Assembly (NCBI GenBank): GCA_009699705.1
Contig: WLNQ01000003.1
Location: 1 to 39,370 of the forward strand
Direction: 5' to 3'
Origin: Actinomycetota bacterium
GTDB taxonomy: Bacteria > Actinomycetota > Actinomycetes > S36-B12
DNA: 39,370 nt
Both the position numbers and the translations under genes were made by a program. Under the pieces are notes generated by a model. That model did no database searches. It worked only from the letters and a program-made list of their open reading frames with translations, and was not told the origin of the DNA. Shown here piece by piece: positions 30,252-39,337 of the stretch (position 1 is the first letter of the stretch; each line of letters starts with the position of its first letter).

Positions 30252-30908
30252 ATGAATACGCGGCCCCGTCCTGCAGTAGTCCTGCTCGCAGTGAGCATCT
30301 TGATGCTCATCACAGCAGTGATTGCAATCGCAGTGGCGGGGTCGCGCATGGGCGGCGAAAACATCGACTCCATCGGTGATCGCGTTGCGGCCCAATCCCC
30401 TAGCGCCGATCCGTCTCCTACTGGCCCATCGCCAGTTGAGCCCACCGTGCTTCCCAATCCCGTTAGGGTTCGCATCCCTCAGATCGGTGTTACCGCCCCG
30501 GTCATTCCCACTGGTCTCGATAAGAATCGGTCCGCGGTGATCCCAGAAGACATAATGAAAGTCGGTTGGTACAAGCTCGGGGTTGCTCCGGGTAGTAGCC
30601 AAGGCTCCGCGGTTTTGATTGCCCACCGAGACGGGCGTGAGCAAGGCCATGGGGCGTTTTACAGCATCGGAGCACTGACCTTGGGTGATCGCATCATCGT
30701 GACCAATAGCGTCGGTGAACGATTGAAGTACAAAGTCGTCGCTCGTGAAATGATTCCAAAAGAAAAACTGCCGACGCAAGAACTCTTTGCCATTGATGGT
30801 GCCCCGCGCCTAACGCTCATAAGCTGCGGCGGCTACTACAGCAAATCCAATGGCGGATACCAGGACAACATTGTGGTGACGGCTACGCCGGTACCGGGCA
30901 CGACTTAG
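30252..30908 (+). CDS. Class F sortase
   Basis: N-terminal TM; [38 protein letters not shown] (His, Cys, and Asn at the usual Arg position). Confidence 0.92.
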   Translation: MNTRPRPAVVLLAVSILMLITAVIAIAVAGSRMGGENIDSIGDRVAAQSPSADPSPTGPSPVEPTVLPNPVRVRIPQIGVTAPVIPTGLDKNRSAVIPEDIMKVGWYKLGVAPGSSQGSAVLIAHRDGREQGHGAFYSIGALTLGDRIIVTNSVGERLKYKVVAREMIPKEKLPTQELFAIDGAPRLTLISCGGYYSKSNGGYQDNIVVTATPVPGTT

Positions 30909-31644
30909 TCATTTGAGCAACACCTTGCTGGTCGCCAGCGCCAAGGGATGTACGGCTAGTGACGATCGGATACATGATGTTGGCTGTCAGATCCGCGTGA
31001 GACAAGCCCATGATGTGGCCTAGTTCGTGAAGGTAAAGGCTCTTGATCTTGTTCGGAGACTTCACTGCATCGGCTTGCACATGGTCGGTGCGAAAGACTG
31101 CGTTTCCGGCGACGATCTCCTTGGTAGCAATGTTCACTTTGGAAGGTGCGGCAAAGCCGAAGATTGATGGGGTCAGCATGGCAGCTTCACCGATCTTCAA
31201 GAAGGTGAGGTAGATGTGACGGTCGCGCACTGGGCTGCCATCTACTGGTGTGAGCGCGTAGTTCGCATCTGAGTAGTTCACTGCTGTTTCGCCGTCGTAC
31301 TTGAAAGTTAAGCCAGACGCTGCAGTCCAACTGCTGAAGGCCCAGGTCAGTTGCTTCACGGCAAGGGCCCCTTGAGTTGGGCTGAGTTCCCTGGAATCCA
31401 TGCTCCAGGTGATGGGGGCGCCACATTGGCTCCACCCGCCATTGAGTAGCGAAGCATCTTGATTATGGAAGATCGACTTGAAGTCAGTGGCCACCGTGCT
31501 GCTTGCGGCTTGCGGTGCCACTCGTACCCAAGCAGCGCTCTGGGTCGAGTTTTGTGCCCCTGATGCGAGCCCAAGTGAAGAAGCCGCGAGTACGCCTGCG
31601 GCAAGAAATGATCCAACTGTGTGGGCAGTCAAATGAATCCTCAT
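30883..31644 (-). CDS. Secreted matrixin-like (metzincin) zinc metalloprotease
   Basis: Signal peptide, [16 protein letters not shown] (HExxHxxGxxH), IMYP Met-turn, GD..G; AAGGAG RBS. Confidence 0.88.
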   Translation of the reverse strand: MRIHLTAHTVGSFLAAGVLAASSLGLASGAQNSTQSAAWVRVAPQAASSTVATDFKSIFHNQDASLLNGGWSQCGAPITWSMDSRELSPTQGALAVKQLTWAFSSWTAASGLTFKYDGETAVNYSDANYALTPVDGSPVRDRHIYLTFLKIGEAAMLTPSIFGFAAPSKVNIATKEIVAGNAVFRTDHVQADAVKSPNKIKSLYLHELGHIMGLSHADLTANIMYPIVTSRTSLGAGDQQGVAQMTKSCPVPA

Positions 31645-31882
31645 GACTGGTCAACTCCTTAGTTGTCTCAACAAGAAGTATCCAGACCATTTAATGCACA
31701 GTCAAATGACCAATGACCAATATTTAGTTGAAGTGAACAGTGGTCAAACAGGGATAAACACGTTGTATTTCAATGGGTTTTCGGCATTCATTGCTTCAAA
31801 AATTGCCGTCCACAGCGCGCTACAGGATGACCAGTCAAGGCTTGAAAATCATCCCAAAAGCCACGTATTTGGCAAGATGGAG

Positions 31883-32788
31883 CTACTCCCCTACAGGTGG
31901 TAGCCCTTCCATTTCGCGCAAAATATTGATGCGATCACTCAAGGGTGGATGGGTGTCGAACATAGACTTTGACTTGCCGTCAAGAGGAGATTCAATCCAC
32001 ACGTGAGCAACTGCGGTTGATTTCTGCTGCACCACTGTGGAGTCTTGTGCAAGCGTCTCTAAGGCCCTACGCAGCCCGTTGGGGTTACGAGTGAACTCAA
32101 CTGCTGTGGCATCAGCTAACGACTCGCGCTTACGGGAAATAGATGCGCGAATGAGTAGAGCCGCAATCGGGGCAAGCAGCAAAATCACAATGGAAATGAT
32201 TTGTGCGAATGGATTGCTGTTGCTGTTGCTATCTCGACCACCAAAAAATGCCATCCGGGCACCCATGTCGGCAAGGATCGCAAGCAAGCCTGCCGTGGTT
32301 GCGGCAACGGCCATCACCAAGGTGTCTCGGTTACCCACATGAGCCATTTCGTGGGCCGCGATGCCTTGCAGTTGTTCGCGATCCATCACTCGCAAAATGC
32401 CAGTGGTGAAAGCAATCACCGCATGCTCTGGATCGCGGCCTGTTGCGAAAGCGTTTGGTGCTGGATCGTCAACGATTGCCACCTTCGGCATCGGCAAACC
32501 CGCAGCCATGGTGACCTCTTCAACAATGTTATAGAGCTGTGGTGCATCTTCGTGTTCAACGACTTTTGCATGTGTCATCGCCAGCACCAAGGTGTCGGAC
32601 TTCCAGTACGAAGTCCATACGCCAATGAGCGAAATGCCCACGGCGATAGGCACGAGCAGATAAGCCTGGAAGTTCAAAATAGTGCCGATAGCCCAAATCA
32701 TCAACACCAGAGCAACGAACATCGTGCCGAGTAGGAACCAGGTTTTACGTTGGTTCGATTTCTGCTGGGCCCGGAAGGAGACCGCCAT
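31883..32788 (-). CDS. htpX: M48 zinc metalloprotease HtpX
   Basis: PNAFATGRDP, AHEMAH, SR.RE.LAD, THPP..DRI; follows lemA. Confidence 0.92.
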   Translation of the reverse strand: MAVSFRAQQKSNQRKTWFLLGTMFVALVLMIWAIGTILNFQAYLLVPIAVGISLIGVWTSYWKSDTLVLAMTHAKVVEHEDAPQLYNIVEEVTMAAGLPMPKVAIVDDPAPNAFATGRDPEHAVIAFTTGILRVMDREQLQGIAAHEMAHVGNRDTLVMAVAATTAGLLAILADMGARMAFFGGRDSNSNSNPFAQIISIVILLLAPIAALLIRASISRKRESLADATAVEFTRNPNGLRRALETLAQDSTVVQQKSTAVAHVWIESPLDGKSKSMFDTHPPLSDRINILREMEGLPPVGE

Positions 32789-32790
32789 CG

Positions 32791-33348
32791 CTATTCGAAG
32801 GAAACAGTAGGAGCGTTGCGATCAGCTTCTTCTGGAACCTCGTAGAACTCGCGGGCCTTCACGCTTGCCATTCCAACAAAGAACTTCGTCGGGATCGTCA
32901 CGATCGCGGTGTTCAGTGAACGTACCGAGTCGTTGTAGAACTGACGCGAGAAGGCAACCTTGTTTTCCGTTGACGAGAGCTCTTCTTGTAGCGACAAGAA
33001 GTTCGCTGAAGCCTTCAGATCGGGATAAGCCTCAGCGACCATGAGCAAGCCACGGAGAGCCTGAGTCAATTGACCATCGGCAGCGGCAACCTCAGCGACA
33101 CCGTTCGCATGTTCTGCGGCAGCGCGCGCAGCGGTCACCTTTTCGAAGGTGCCACTTTCATGGGCGGCGTAGCCCTTGACTGTGCTCACCAAGTTCGGGA
33201 TCAGGTCACTGCGACGCTTGAGCTGCACTTCAATCTGAGCAAAGGCTTCATCCACCGCGACATTGGCGCTGACCAACCGGTTATAGGTGGAAACAAGGTA
33301 AATAACGGCAATGACAACAACGACTGCAAGAACTATCCAAATCCACAT
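32791..33348 (-). CDS. lemA: LemA family protein
   Basis: YN.LV, QLKRR.DLIPNLV.TVKGYA.HE, EAYPDLKA..NF..LQ.EL..TENK. Confidence 0.95.
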   Translation of the reverse strand: MWIWIVLAVVVVIAVIYLVSTYNRLVSANVAVDEAFAQIEVQLKRRSDLIPNLVSTVKGYAAHESGTFEKVTAARAAAEHANGVAEVAAADGQLTQALRGLLMVAEAYPDLKASANFLSLQEELSSTENKVAFSRQFYNDSVRSLNTAIVTIPTKFFVGMASVKAREFYEVPEEADRNAPTVSFE

Positions 33349-33407
33349 GTGTGCATCGTACCTTTTATTTGGATAATTAAGCGATGGGCAAAATGGAGCC
33401 TGACTAG

Positions 33408-33857
33408 CTAGATCTCTTGACCGGCATCAAGTTCGGCCAATTGTTCAACTCGAGCTTCGTGGCGGCCACCTTCAAAGGTGGTGGTTAGAAACGCTTGGAC
33501 TGCCGCCAGAGCAACTTCTGGCTCCGTCACGCGCTCGCCAAAGCAAGCCACATTGGCGTTGTTATGACCTCTGGTCATTTCGGCATCTTGGATATCGCGA
33601 ATAATCCCTGCTCGTACCCCAGGAACCTTGTTAGCGGCCATACACACGCCTTGCCCACTGCCGCACACAACTATTCCAAACTCGGCTTTACCGCCCACCA
33701 CCGCGCGCCCCACTTCGGCGCCAAAGTGCGGGTAGTCGACTCGCTCAGGCGAGTAGGCGCCGAGATCGAGCACTTCGTAGCCGTGCTCAAGGAGCCAACC
33801 ACGAATCTGTTCTTTCAGCACGAAACCCGCATGGTCTGAGCCCACTGCAACAATCAT
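33408..33857 (-). CDS. rpiB: Ribose-5-phosphate isomerase B
   Basis: GSDHAG, DYP, CGSGQG..MAANK..GVRA, HNNAN, FEGGRH..R; TACTCT-N6-ATG start. Confidence 0.93.
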   Translation of the reverse strand: MIVAVGSDHAGFVLKEQIRGWLLEHGYEVLDLGAYSPERVDYPHFGAEVGRAVVGGKAEFGIVVCGSGQGVCMAANKVPGVRAGIIRDIQDAEMTRGHNNANVACFGERVTEPEVALAAVQAFLTTTFEGGRHEARVEQLAELDAGQEI

Positions 33858-33861
33858 GACT

Positions 33862-35952
33862 TCAGAGTAATGGAGAGCCAAGCTGTGGCATTGGCGCAGG
33901 TGTAGTGATGGTCAGCCCATTGCGAGAAATTGTTACCCCTGCAGCGGCGATCGAAACTGGCACGGATTCACCAACCGAATGTGGCATGAAGACTGTGACG
34001 AGTGCCTGACGCACACCCTGTTTTGGAATTGGCACCTGACGATTCACTACTTGGCCGGGCAACTTTTCCCCCCAAGCTCCTGTGAACCACCCTTGCTTGC
34101 CACCGGGTTGTGCGCGATCCACAACCCAACCATCAGTGCCGGACTTCACTACGTCCATGCGCTTATCGCCCTTAGACAACACCAAGGTGCTGCCTTCGTA
34201 TCCGGTGTCAACACCAGGCGGCACCTGCCAGCGTTGCCAGGTGAAACGACCCTTGGCTTTTTTTCCGCCGGCGGCGGCATTCACATAGTCCGTAACAATC
34301 ATCGCGTCGACGCTGCGCACATATTGAGTACACCGCGTCAGGGTGACGGTTTTCCAAGTGTTGTCTTGCACGCAGGAAGTGTCGTTGCCGCCAGTCGCCC
34401 AATCGCTGGCCCCTACAACTTTCTTTACGCCAGACCACCGACTGCGAGTTACTTTGCCAACAGTGAGTGCAGAGTGAGCGGCGCGAGTTTTAAGAAAAGC
34501 ACGCAAAGGATCACTGTTTTCGTAGCGGAAGGGCCCGGGATCGCCGATCCATGTAACTCCCTTTGAATACAACGTCAAACCAGTTCCATCATCGTGGGTA
34601 TGCGCTGTGCCGGGTCGTGTTGAGCTGTAGCGCAGGGAGTAATAACTGTCTGGCATACCAGGCTGTGGTTGCCAACCTGCACGACCAAAGATGTAGCCGC
34701 CGTCATATACGGAATAGATTGGCGTTGGTGGAGTGCCTGACTTGCCTGCAGTTCGTACCCATTCAGCTTGACCGTCGGCCGAGCCGAAAGTGCCTCTCAG
34801 CGAGGTACTCACTCCATCGCCGAGTGACTCAATTAAAAAGTCCGGACGAATTGCTTGCGAAACGAAGTCATACAACTTGTTGCGCAGCGCTGGAATTGGA
34901 TCCGCAGGCATGCCACAAGTTGCGGCTGCTGATTGAACCGCGGTTAAGAGTTGTTCGATGTAGACCGCATAACTTGGCGAGCCTTCAACGTCGCTGCCAT
35001 CAGGGTGAATAACGCCGTTCGCGATTGATACTAAGTTTGCCCACGCCTTATCACGCAACGGCCAATTTGAAGTCCAGCAAAAAGCGGCAAGTGCGCCTGT
35101 TTGGCGAATGAGATCCGTGTTGTTGGTTCCGATTGCAATGGCCTTTGCGCCGGCATTGGATTTCACCATTGTTTGCGCGTCACGAATTGCACCAGCGGTA
35201 ATTGTCGGATCGTTCAACGTCTGCGCAGCACATACGAGAGTTTGAGTGCGTAGGCCTCCGTAGATTGATGAGTCAACCCACGCTCCACGCTTGCCCTGAT
35301 GATCCGCAATCCAATACAACATGATTTGGCGAAAGCGATCGACCATGGCTTGGTTTTGCACTTGCACGCCACGAAAGAGAAGTGGCAAGGCCCAGTTCAA
35401 AGAGTTCACATGACGGTCGCCAGATGTGTCTGACGTTGCTTGTGGTTTCCAGTCTGGATGTTCCGTCAAGCGATACGTGCCTGGCTTACCGAAATTAATA
35501 GTGCCTGTCGACAGAAGTTGCTGGGCGGCAACTCGCTCTTTTGACGCTGATGTTTGTGGGAACAGCGGACGACACCAACTGCCTAGTGCTGCTGGCATTG
35601 CGATTAATGGAGTTGCGGGAACTGCTGTCGCGCCAGGAGTTACTGAAACGGAAGGCGCTGGTGTGACGCTTGCTGAAACTGTCGGCGCTGGCGTAGTAGT
35701 CGCGGCAACCGAGCGCACAGGCGTTGGTGTCACAGTTGGTGTCACGGTCGGCGTTCCACCTGGTGTTGTTGTCGGTGACGCTGTGACTGTTGGTGCTGCC
35801 GAGGGAGCAGGTGCAACAGAGGCACTTGGTGAAGTTGATGGTGCTGGTGTTTCGGCAGCCTGAGCCGGAAGCGCAGTGAACACCACAGCGAAAGCTGAGA
35901 CTGCGATCGCAGAATTCAGGGCGAAACGAGACGCACGGCTTTGGGAAAGCAT
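33862..35952 (-). CDS. Secreted heparinase II/III-like protein with Pro/Thr-rich N-terminal stalk
   Basis: Signal ending AQA, ~90-aa P/T/S/A/V region, DG...EGS..Y, GD, AHTHDD, DPG.F.Y, T.AAHS motifs. Confidence 0.78.
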   Translation of the reverse strand: MLSQSRASRFALNSAIAVSAFAVVFTALPAQAAETPAPSTSPSASVAPAPSAAPTVTASPTTTPGGTPTVTPTVTPTPVRSVAATTTPAPTVSASVTPAPSVSVTPGATAVPATPLIAMPAALGSWCRPLFPQTSASKERVAAQQLLSTGTINFGKPGTYRLTEHPDWKPQATSDTSGDRHVNSLNWALPLLFRGVQVQNQAMVDRFRQIMLYWIADHQGKRGAWVDSSIYGGLRTQTLVCAAQTLNDPTITAGAIRDAQTMVKSNAGAKAIAIGTNNTDLIRQTGALAAFCWTSNWPLRDKAWANLVSIANGVIHPDGSDVEGSPSYAVYIEQLLTAVQSAAATCGMPADPIPALRNKLYDFVSQAIRPDFLIESLGDGVSTSLRGTFGSADGQAEWVRTAGKSGTPPTPIYSVYDGGYIFGRAGWQPQPGMPDSYYSLRYSSTRPGTAHTHDDGTGLTLYSKGVTWIGDPGPFRYENSDPLRAFLKTRAAHSALTVGKVTRSRWSGVKKVVGASDWATGGNDTSCVQDNTWKTVTLTRCTQYVRSVDAMIVTDYVNAAAGGKKAKGRFTWQRWQVPPGVDTGYEGSTLVLSKGDKRMDVVKSGTDGWVVDRAQPGGKQGWFTGAWGEKLPGQVVNRQVPIPKQGVRQALVTVFMPHSVGESVPVSIAAAGVTISRNGLTITTPAPMPQLGSPLL

Positions 35953-35985
35953 TCGACCATCATCACCCATGACCCGGTGAATTCG

Positions 35986-36900
35986 TCAATCCCTCGATAA
36001 CGAGTTGTTATCAATTCGCGTCATCGCTGCTTGCTGAGATGGTGACGTCGGCCCCAAAGCAAATGCGAGCGTGCCCAGCATCGCCCTGACGGCAGGCCGG
36101 GCAATCGCGCTGGGCACTCGAGGCAACCCGAGCATCTCTAAATGTTGAGGTGCCATCGTGGAGAGGGCGCCTAAAAGCAGTGCCGCATATGGCCCCTGAG
36201 CCGCAAACGGCAGCGGTGGCTTGCGAATGAAAGCGGCTGTTTCTCGTGCTTCCACGCTCGTACAGAGCTGTGATTCATACTCCGCCATCTGGCTGCGAAG
36301 TTCAGCCACTGAACGTGGCGGATTTTCTACGCCCACAAGTTCGCCAGCTTTCGCCCATTCGCGCACGTATGCATCAGCGCCGCCTGGAATGTCGTCGCCC
36401 CACACCAAATGCGTGGCAAGAAAAGAATCAGTGAATGCAATATGGACCCAGCGCAGCAAGTCAGGATCGGTGGCATCGTAAGGAAACTCAACGCCATTTA
36501 CGGTGTAAACACCATAGACGCGACGATGAAGCCCTCGAACACGAGCGCATTCACGGTCCGCCTGAGCCTTGTCACCAAACGTCACAACAGTGAGCCATTG
36601 CGTGGTTCCAGCGAGCCTGCCAAGTGCGTCTTCTTCGTAACGCGAATGTTGCATCACTCCTGCGAGTGCTGCCGGATGCAAGGCCTGCATCAACAACGCC
36701 CGAACGCCACCGACCAAGGTTGGCAATCCGCCGTGCACTGCCCAAGGCGCAGAATCGGGGCCAAAGTAACCGACATCATCACCTTCGCGCATTTGCGAAA
36801 CCCACTCGGGAACACCTGTGGGATCACCCGAAACGATACGACGAAACCCTGCGGCTGCGCGTTCTCTCAAGGGAGTCATCACGCTGTCTACGGGGTTCAT
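35986..36900 (-). CDS. MpaB / DUF2236 oxygenase-like protein
   Basis: GYFGPDS..W.VHG, GG.RALLMQALHP...AGV..HS, V...H..V, Y.A.DPDLL.WVH; CAGGCT-N6-ATG start at 36900. Confidence 0.87.
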   Translation of the reverse strand: MNPVDSVMTPLRERAAAGFRRIVSGDPTGVPEWVSQMREGDDVGYFGPDSAPWAVHGGLPTLVGGVRALLMQALHPAALAGVMQHSRYEEDALGRLAGTTQWLTVVTFGDKAQADRECARVRGLHRRVYGVYTVNGVEFPYDATDPDLLRWVHIAFTDSFLATHLVWGDDIPGGADAYVREWAKAGELVGVENPPRSVAELRSQMAEYESQLCTSVEARETAAFIRKPPLPFAAQGPYAALLLGALSTMAPQHLEMLGLPRVPSAIARPAVRAMLGTLAFALGPTSPSQQAAMTRIDNNSLSRD

Positions 36901-36929
36901 ACCCATAGCCTGCCGCAGGGTCTTTTCGT

Positions 36930-38069
36930 CTATGCCTTCGAGGCCGTTAAATTCAACGGAAGGGTCAGTGTTTGATCGCCCCGCTTGATGGTGAGTTGCA
37001 CTCGATCACCTGGGGCGAAGGAGCGAACCGTGACAATCAGTTGAGTACCGTCAGTAATTAATTGACCGTTGATCTTGGTGATGACGTCGCCAACTTGCAC
37101 GCCTGCCTGATCAGCAGCACCACCCTTGGTCACTGACGAAACCTTGCCGCCAGGACCTTCAAAGTTCATTGCCAGCTGAACGCCAATGATTGGAGTGGCT
37201 GCGGATCCAGTTTTGATGATCTCGTCAGCAATGCGCTTCGCAGTATCAATTGGAATTGAGAATCCCAAACCAATCGAACCCGCTTCTCCAGCGCCAGTTG
37301 CCAGCGATGCAATCGCGGAGTTCACACCCACCACTGCTCCGTTACCATTAACCAACGGTCCGCCCGAGTTACCCGGATTAATTGCCGCATCAGTTTGGAT
37401 TGCGTTGATGAAGGAGTCATTTCCAGCGGTTACCGGGCGATTCAGCGAGCTGACGATGCCAGACGTCACCGTGCCTTGCAAGCCAAGTGGGGATCCAAGA
37501 GCGATGACTGTGTCACCTACGCGCAAGGTTGATGACTTACCCAATGGCACAGTCTTCAATCCGGTTTTGTCGACCTTCACCACGGCAAGGTCATACCCGG
37601 CGTTAGCGCCGACAAGCTTGCCCTTGGCCGTGCTGCCATCGGCGAACAGCACGTCGATGCCATCTTCCTTAGCCGAGCCAGCCACGTGGTTGTTTGTGAT
37701 GATGTAACCGTCGCTACTAATGATGAATCCTGAACCCGTGCCTTCACCTTCCGCGCCATTCACGTTTAGTTGAACGACTGCCGGCTGCACTGCGGCTGCA
37801 ACGTCGGCAATTGAGCCATCAGCTGGAAGCGACGGTGAATCCGCGAACACCGAAGTCGCCGTAACTGAAGTGGCTGCAGGAAGCGTCTCTCGGGCTGCGA
37901 TAAAACCAACTGCACCGCCAGCGGCACCCGCCACTAGGCCGGTGACGATAAATCCGGCGAACATCAAGGAAGTGCGATTGGGCTTCTTTTCCGGAATCAC
38001 CATCGGTTGATACTGAAAGCCTTGGATTGTTGGCTCAACTGGGGTGAACGGTGGAATTGGAGTAGACAC
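36930..38069 (-). CDS. HtrA/DegP-family membrane serine protease with PDZ domain
   Basis: TM helix, GTGSGF, TNNHV, DLAV, IQTDAAINPGNSGGPL, PDZ; GAAGGAG RBS before GTG 38069. Confidence 0.92.
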   Translation of the reverse strand: MSTPIPPFTPVEPTIQGFQYQPMVIPEKKPNRTSLMFAGFIVTGLVAGAAGGAVGFIAARETLPAATSVTATSVFADSPSLPADGSIADVAAAVQPAVVQLNVNGAEGEGTGSGFIISSDGYIITNNHVAGSAKEDGIDVLFADGSTAKGKLVGANAGYDLAVVKVDKTGLKTVPLGKSSTLRVGDTVIALGSPLGLQGTVTSGIVSSLNRPVTAGNDSFINAIQTDAAINPGNSGGPLVNGNGAVVGVNSAIASLATGAGEAGSIGLGFSIPIDTAKRIADEIIKTGSAATPIIGVQLAMNFEGPGGKVSSVTKGGAADQAGVQVGDVITKINGQLITDGTQLIVTVRSFAPGDRVQLTIKRGDQTLTLPLNLTASKA

Positions 38070-38195
38070 TGAGTCTCCTTCATCTGGTGAAGTCATGTAT
38101 CTATCAGACACCAAGAGCGACCGATTCGTTCCATTGGTGACCACAATTGCCCGAGTCCTGACTTACTTCTTACAAAGGCCAGATTGAATAGGCAC

Positions 38196-39167
38196 ATGCG
38201 AGTCACAACTAACCCCCAAGAAGCAGCTGCTGCACTGGCTGCTGGTCACCTCGCTGCCCTACCTACCGAGACGGTTTACGGCCTTGGCGCCCGCGCTGAC
38301 GACCCTCACGCCATTGCACGGATTTATGCCACCAAAGGCCGGCCGGCAGATCACCCACTCATTGCGCATCTCGCCGATATCCAGGCTCTGGATGCTTGGG
38401 GTATCAACATCCCTATATATGCGTATCAACTCGCGAAAGCTTTTTGGCCTGGCCCGCTCACTCTCGTAGTCAACCGGTCACCGAGAGCTGCCGACTTCAT
38501 TACCGGTGGGCAAGACTCAGTTGCCGTCCGCGTTTCAGGACACCCTTTAATGCGGGAAGTGCAGCAGGCGCTTGTTCTGATCACTGGTGATCCAGCGATC
38601 GGCATTGCCGCACCCAGCGCAAATAGATTCGGAAAAGTCAGCCCAACCAATGCGCAACATGTGATCGACGAGTTAGGTGCATTCACTACAGAAAATGATG
38701 TCGTGCTCGATGGTGGTGACTGCGAGGTCGGAGTTGAATCAACCATCGTTGATTGCACGGGCGACCACCCTCGGCTGCTTCGTCCCGGTGCGGTCAGCCT
38801 CGAACAAGTGAAAGCCATCACTGGCCTGCCCTGCACCACTGATTCAAAGGTTCGAGCCAGTGGCACTCTGGAATCCCACTACAGCCCCGTTGCTAACGTC
38901 GAACTTATTACTGAAGACGAACTACTCGATCTTGGCTTCGCGGATGCAACAGTGGGGTTGATTGCTCTGGCACATTGCGCAACCCCAACCGGAGTCGTGC
39001 GGCTTTGCGCCCCTGAAACAGCGGCCGACTACGCCCAGCAGCTCTACTCAGCTCTCCGGGAAGCAGATGCTCTCCAACTCTCCACAGTGCTGGCTGTTCC
39101 ACCTACTCAGACTGGGATCGGGGCTGCAATCGTGGACCGATTAACCAGGGCTGCTCACTCAAACTGA
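38196..39167 (+). CDS. tsaC: L-threonylcarbamoyladenylate synthase, Sua5 type (YrdC + SUA5 domains)
   Basis: PTETVYGLGA, KGRP..HPLI, FWPGPLT, AAPSAN, ESTIVD, SHYSP linker, A..LY..LR.AD, AI.DRL.RAA. Confidence 0.92.
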   Translation: MRVTTNPQEAAAALAAGHLAALPTETVYGLGARADDPHAIARIYATKGRPADHPLIAHLADIQALDAWGINIPIYAYQLAKAFWPGPLTLVVNRSPRAADFITGGQDSVAVRVSGHPLMREVQQALVLITGDPAIGIAAPSANRFGKVSPTNAQHVIDELGAFTTENDVVLDGGDCEVGVESTIVDCTGDHPRLLRPGAVSLEQVKAITGLPCTTDSKVRASGTLESHYSPVANVELITEDELLDLGFADATVGLIALAHCATPTGVVRLCAPETAADYAQQLYSALREADALQLSTVLAVPPTQTGIGAAIVDRLTRAAHSN

Positions 39168-39249
39168 CCTCAGTTAGAGCATTGGCCCGCAATCCCCTAT
39201 AGTTCTGAGGTCGCCAACGCACTTCTGTCGACGGAGACACAACACATAG

Positions 39250-39322
39250 GTCCCCATCGTCTAGTGGCCTAGGACACCGCCCTTTCACGGCGGCGGCACG
39301 GGTTCGAATCCCGTTGGGGATA
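39250..39322 (+). tRNA. tRNA-Glu(UUC)
   Basis: GTCCCCATCGTCTAGTGGCCTAGGAC...CCGCC-CTTTCAC-GGCGG...GGTTCGAATCCCGTTGGGGATA; CCA not encoded. Confidence 0.96.
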
Positions 39323-39337
39323 CTGCAACACAAGTAA

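Noticed and set aside
29862-30779. 305-aa minus-strand ORF
   Set aside because: Mirror frame of the low-complexity stalk and the sortase
35600-35860. Short repeats such as GGTGTCAC as a CRISPR or DNA repeat array
   Set aside because: Degenerate codon-level repeats of a Pro/Thr linker; no constant repeat-spacer structure and no cas genes
39250-39322. G1-U72 pair and missing CCA in tRNA-Glu as signs of a pseudogene
   Set aside because: Both are ordinary for actinobacterial tRNAs; the cloverleaf is intact
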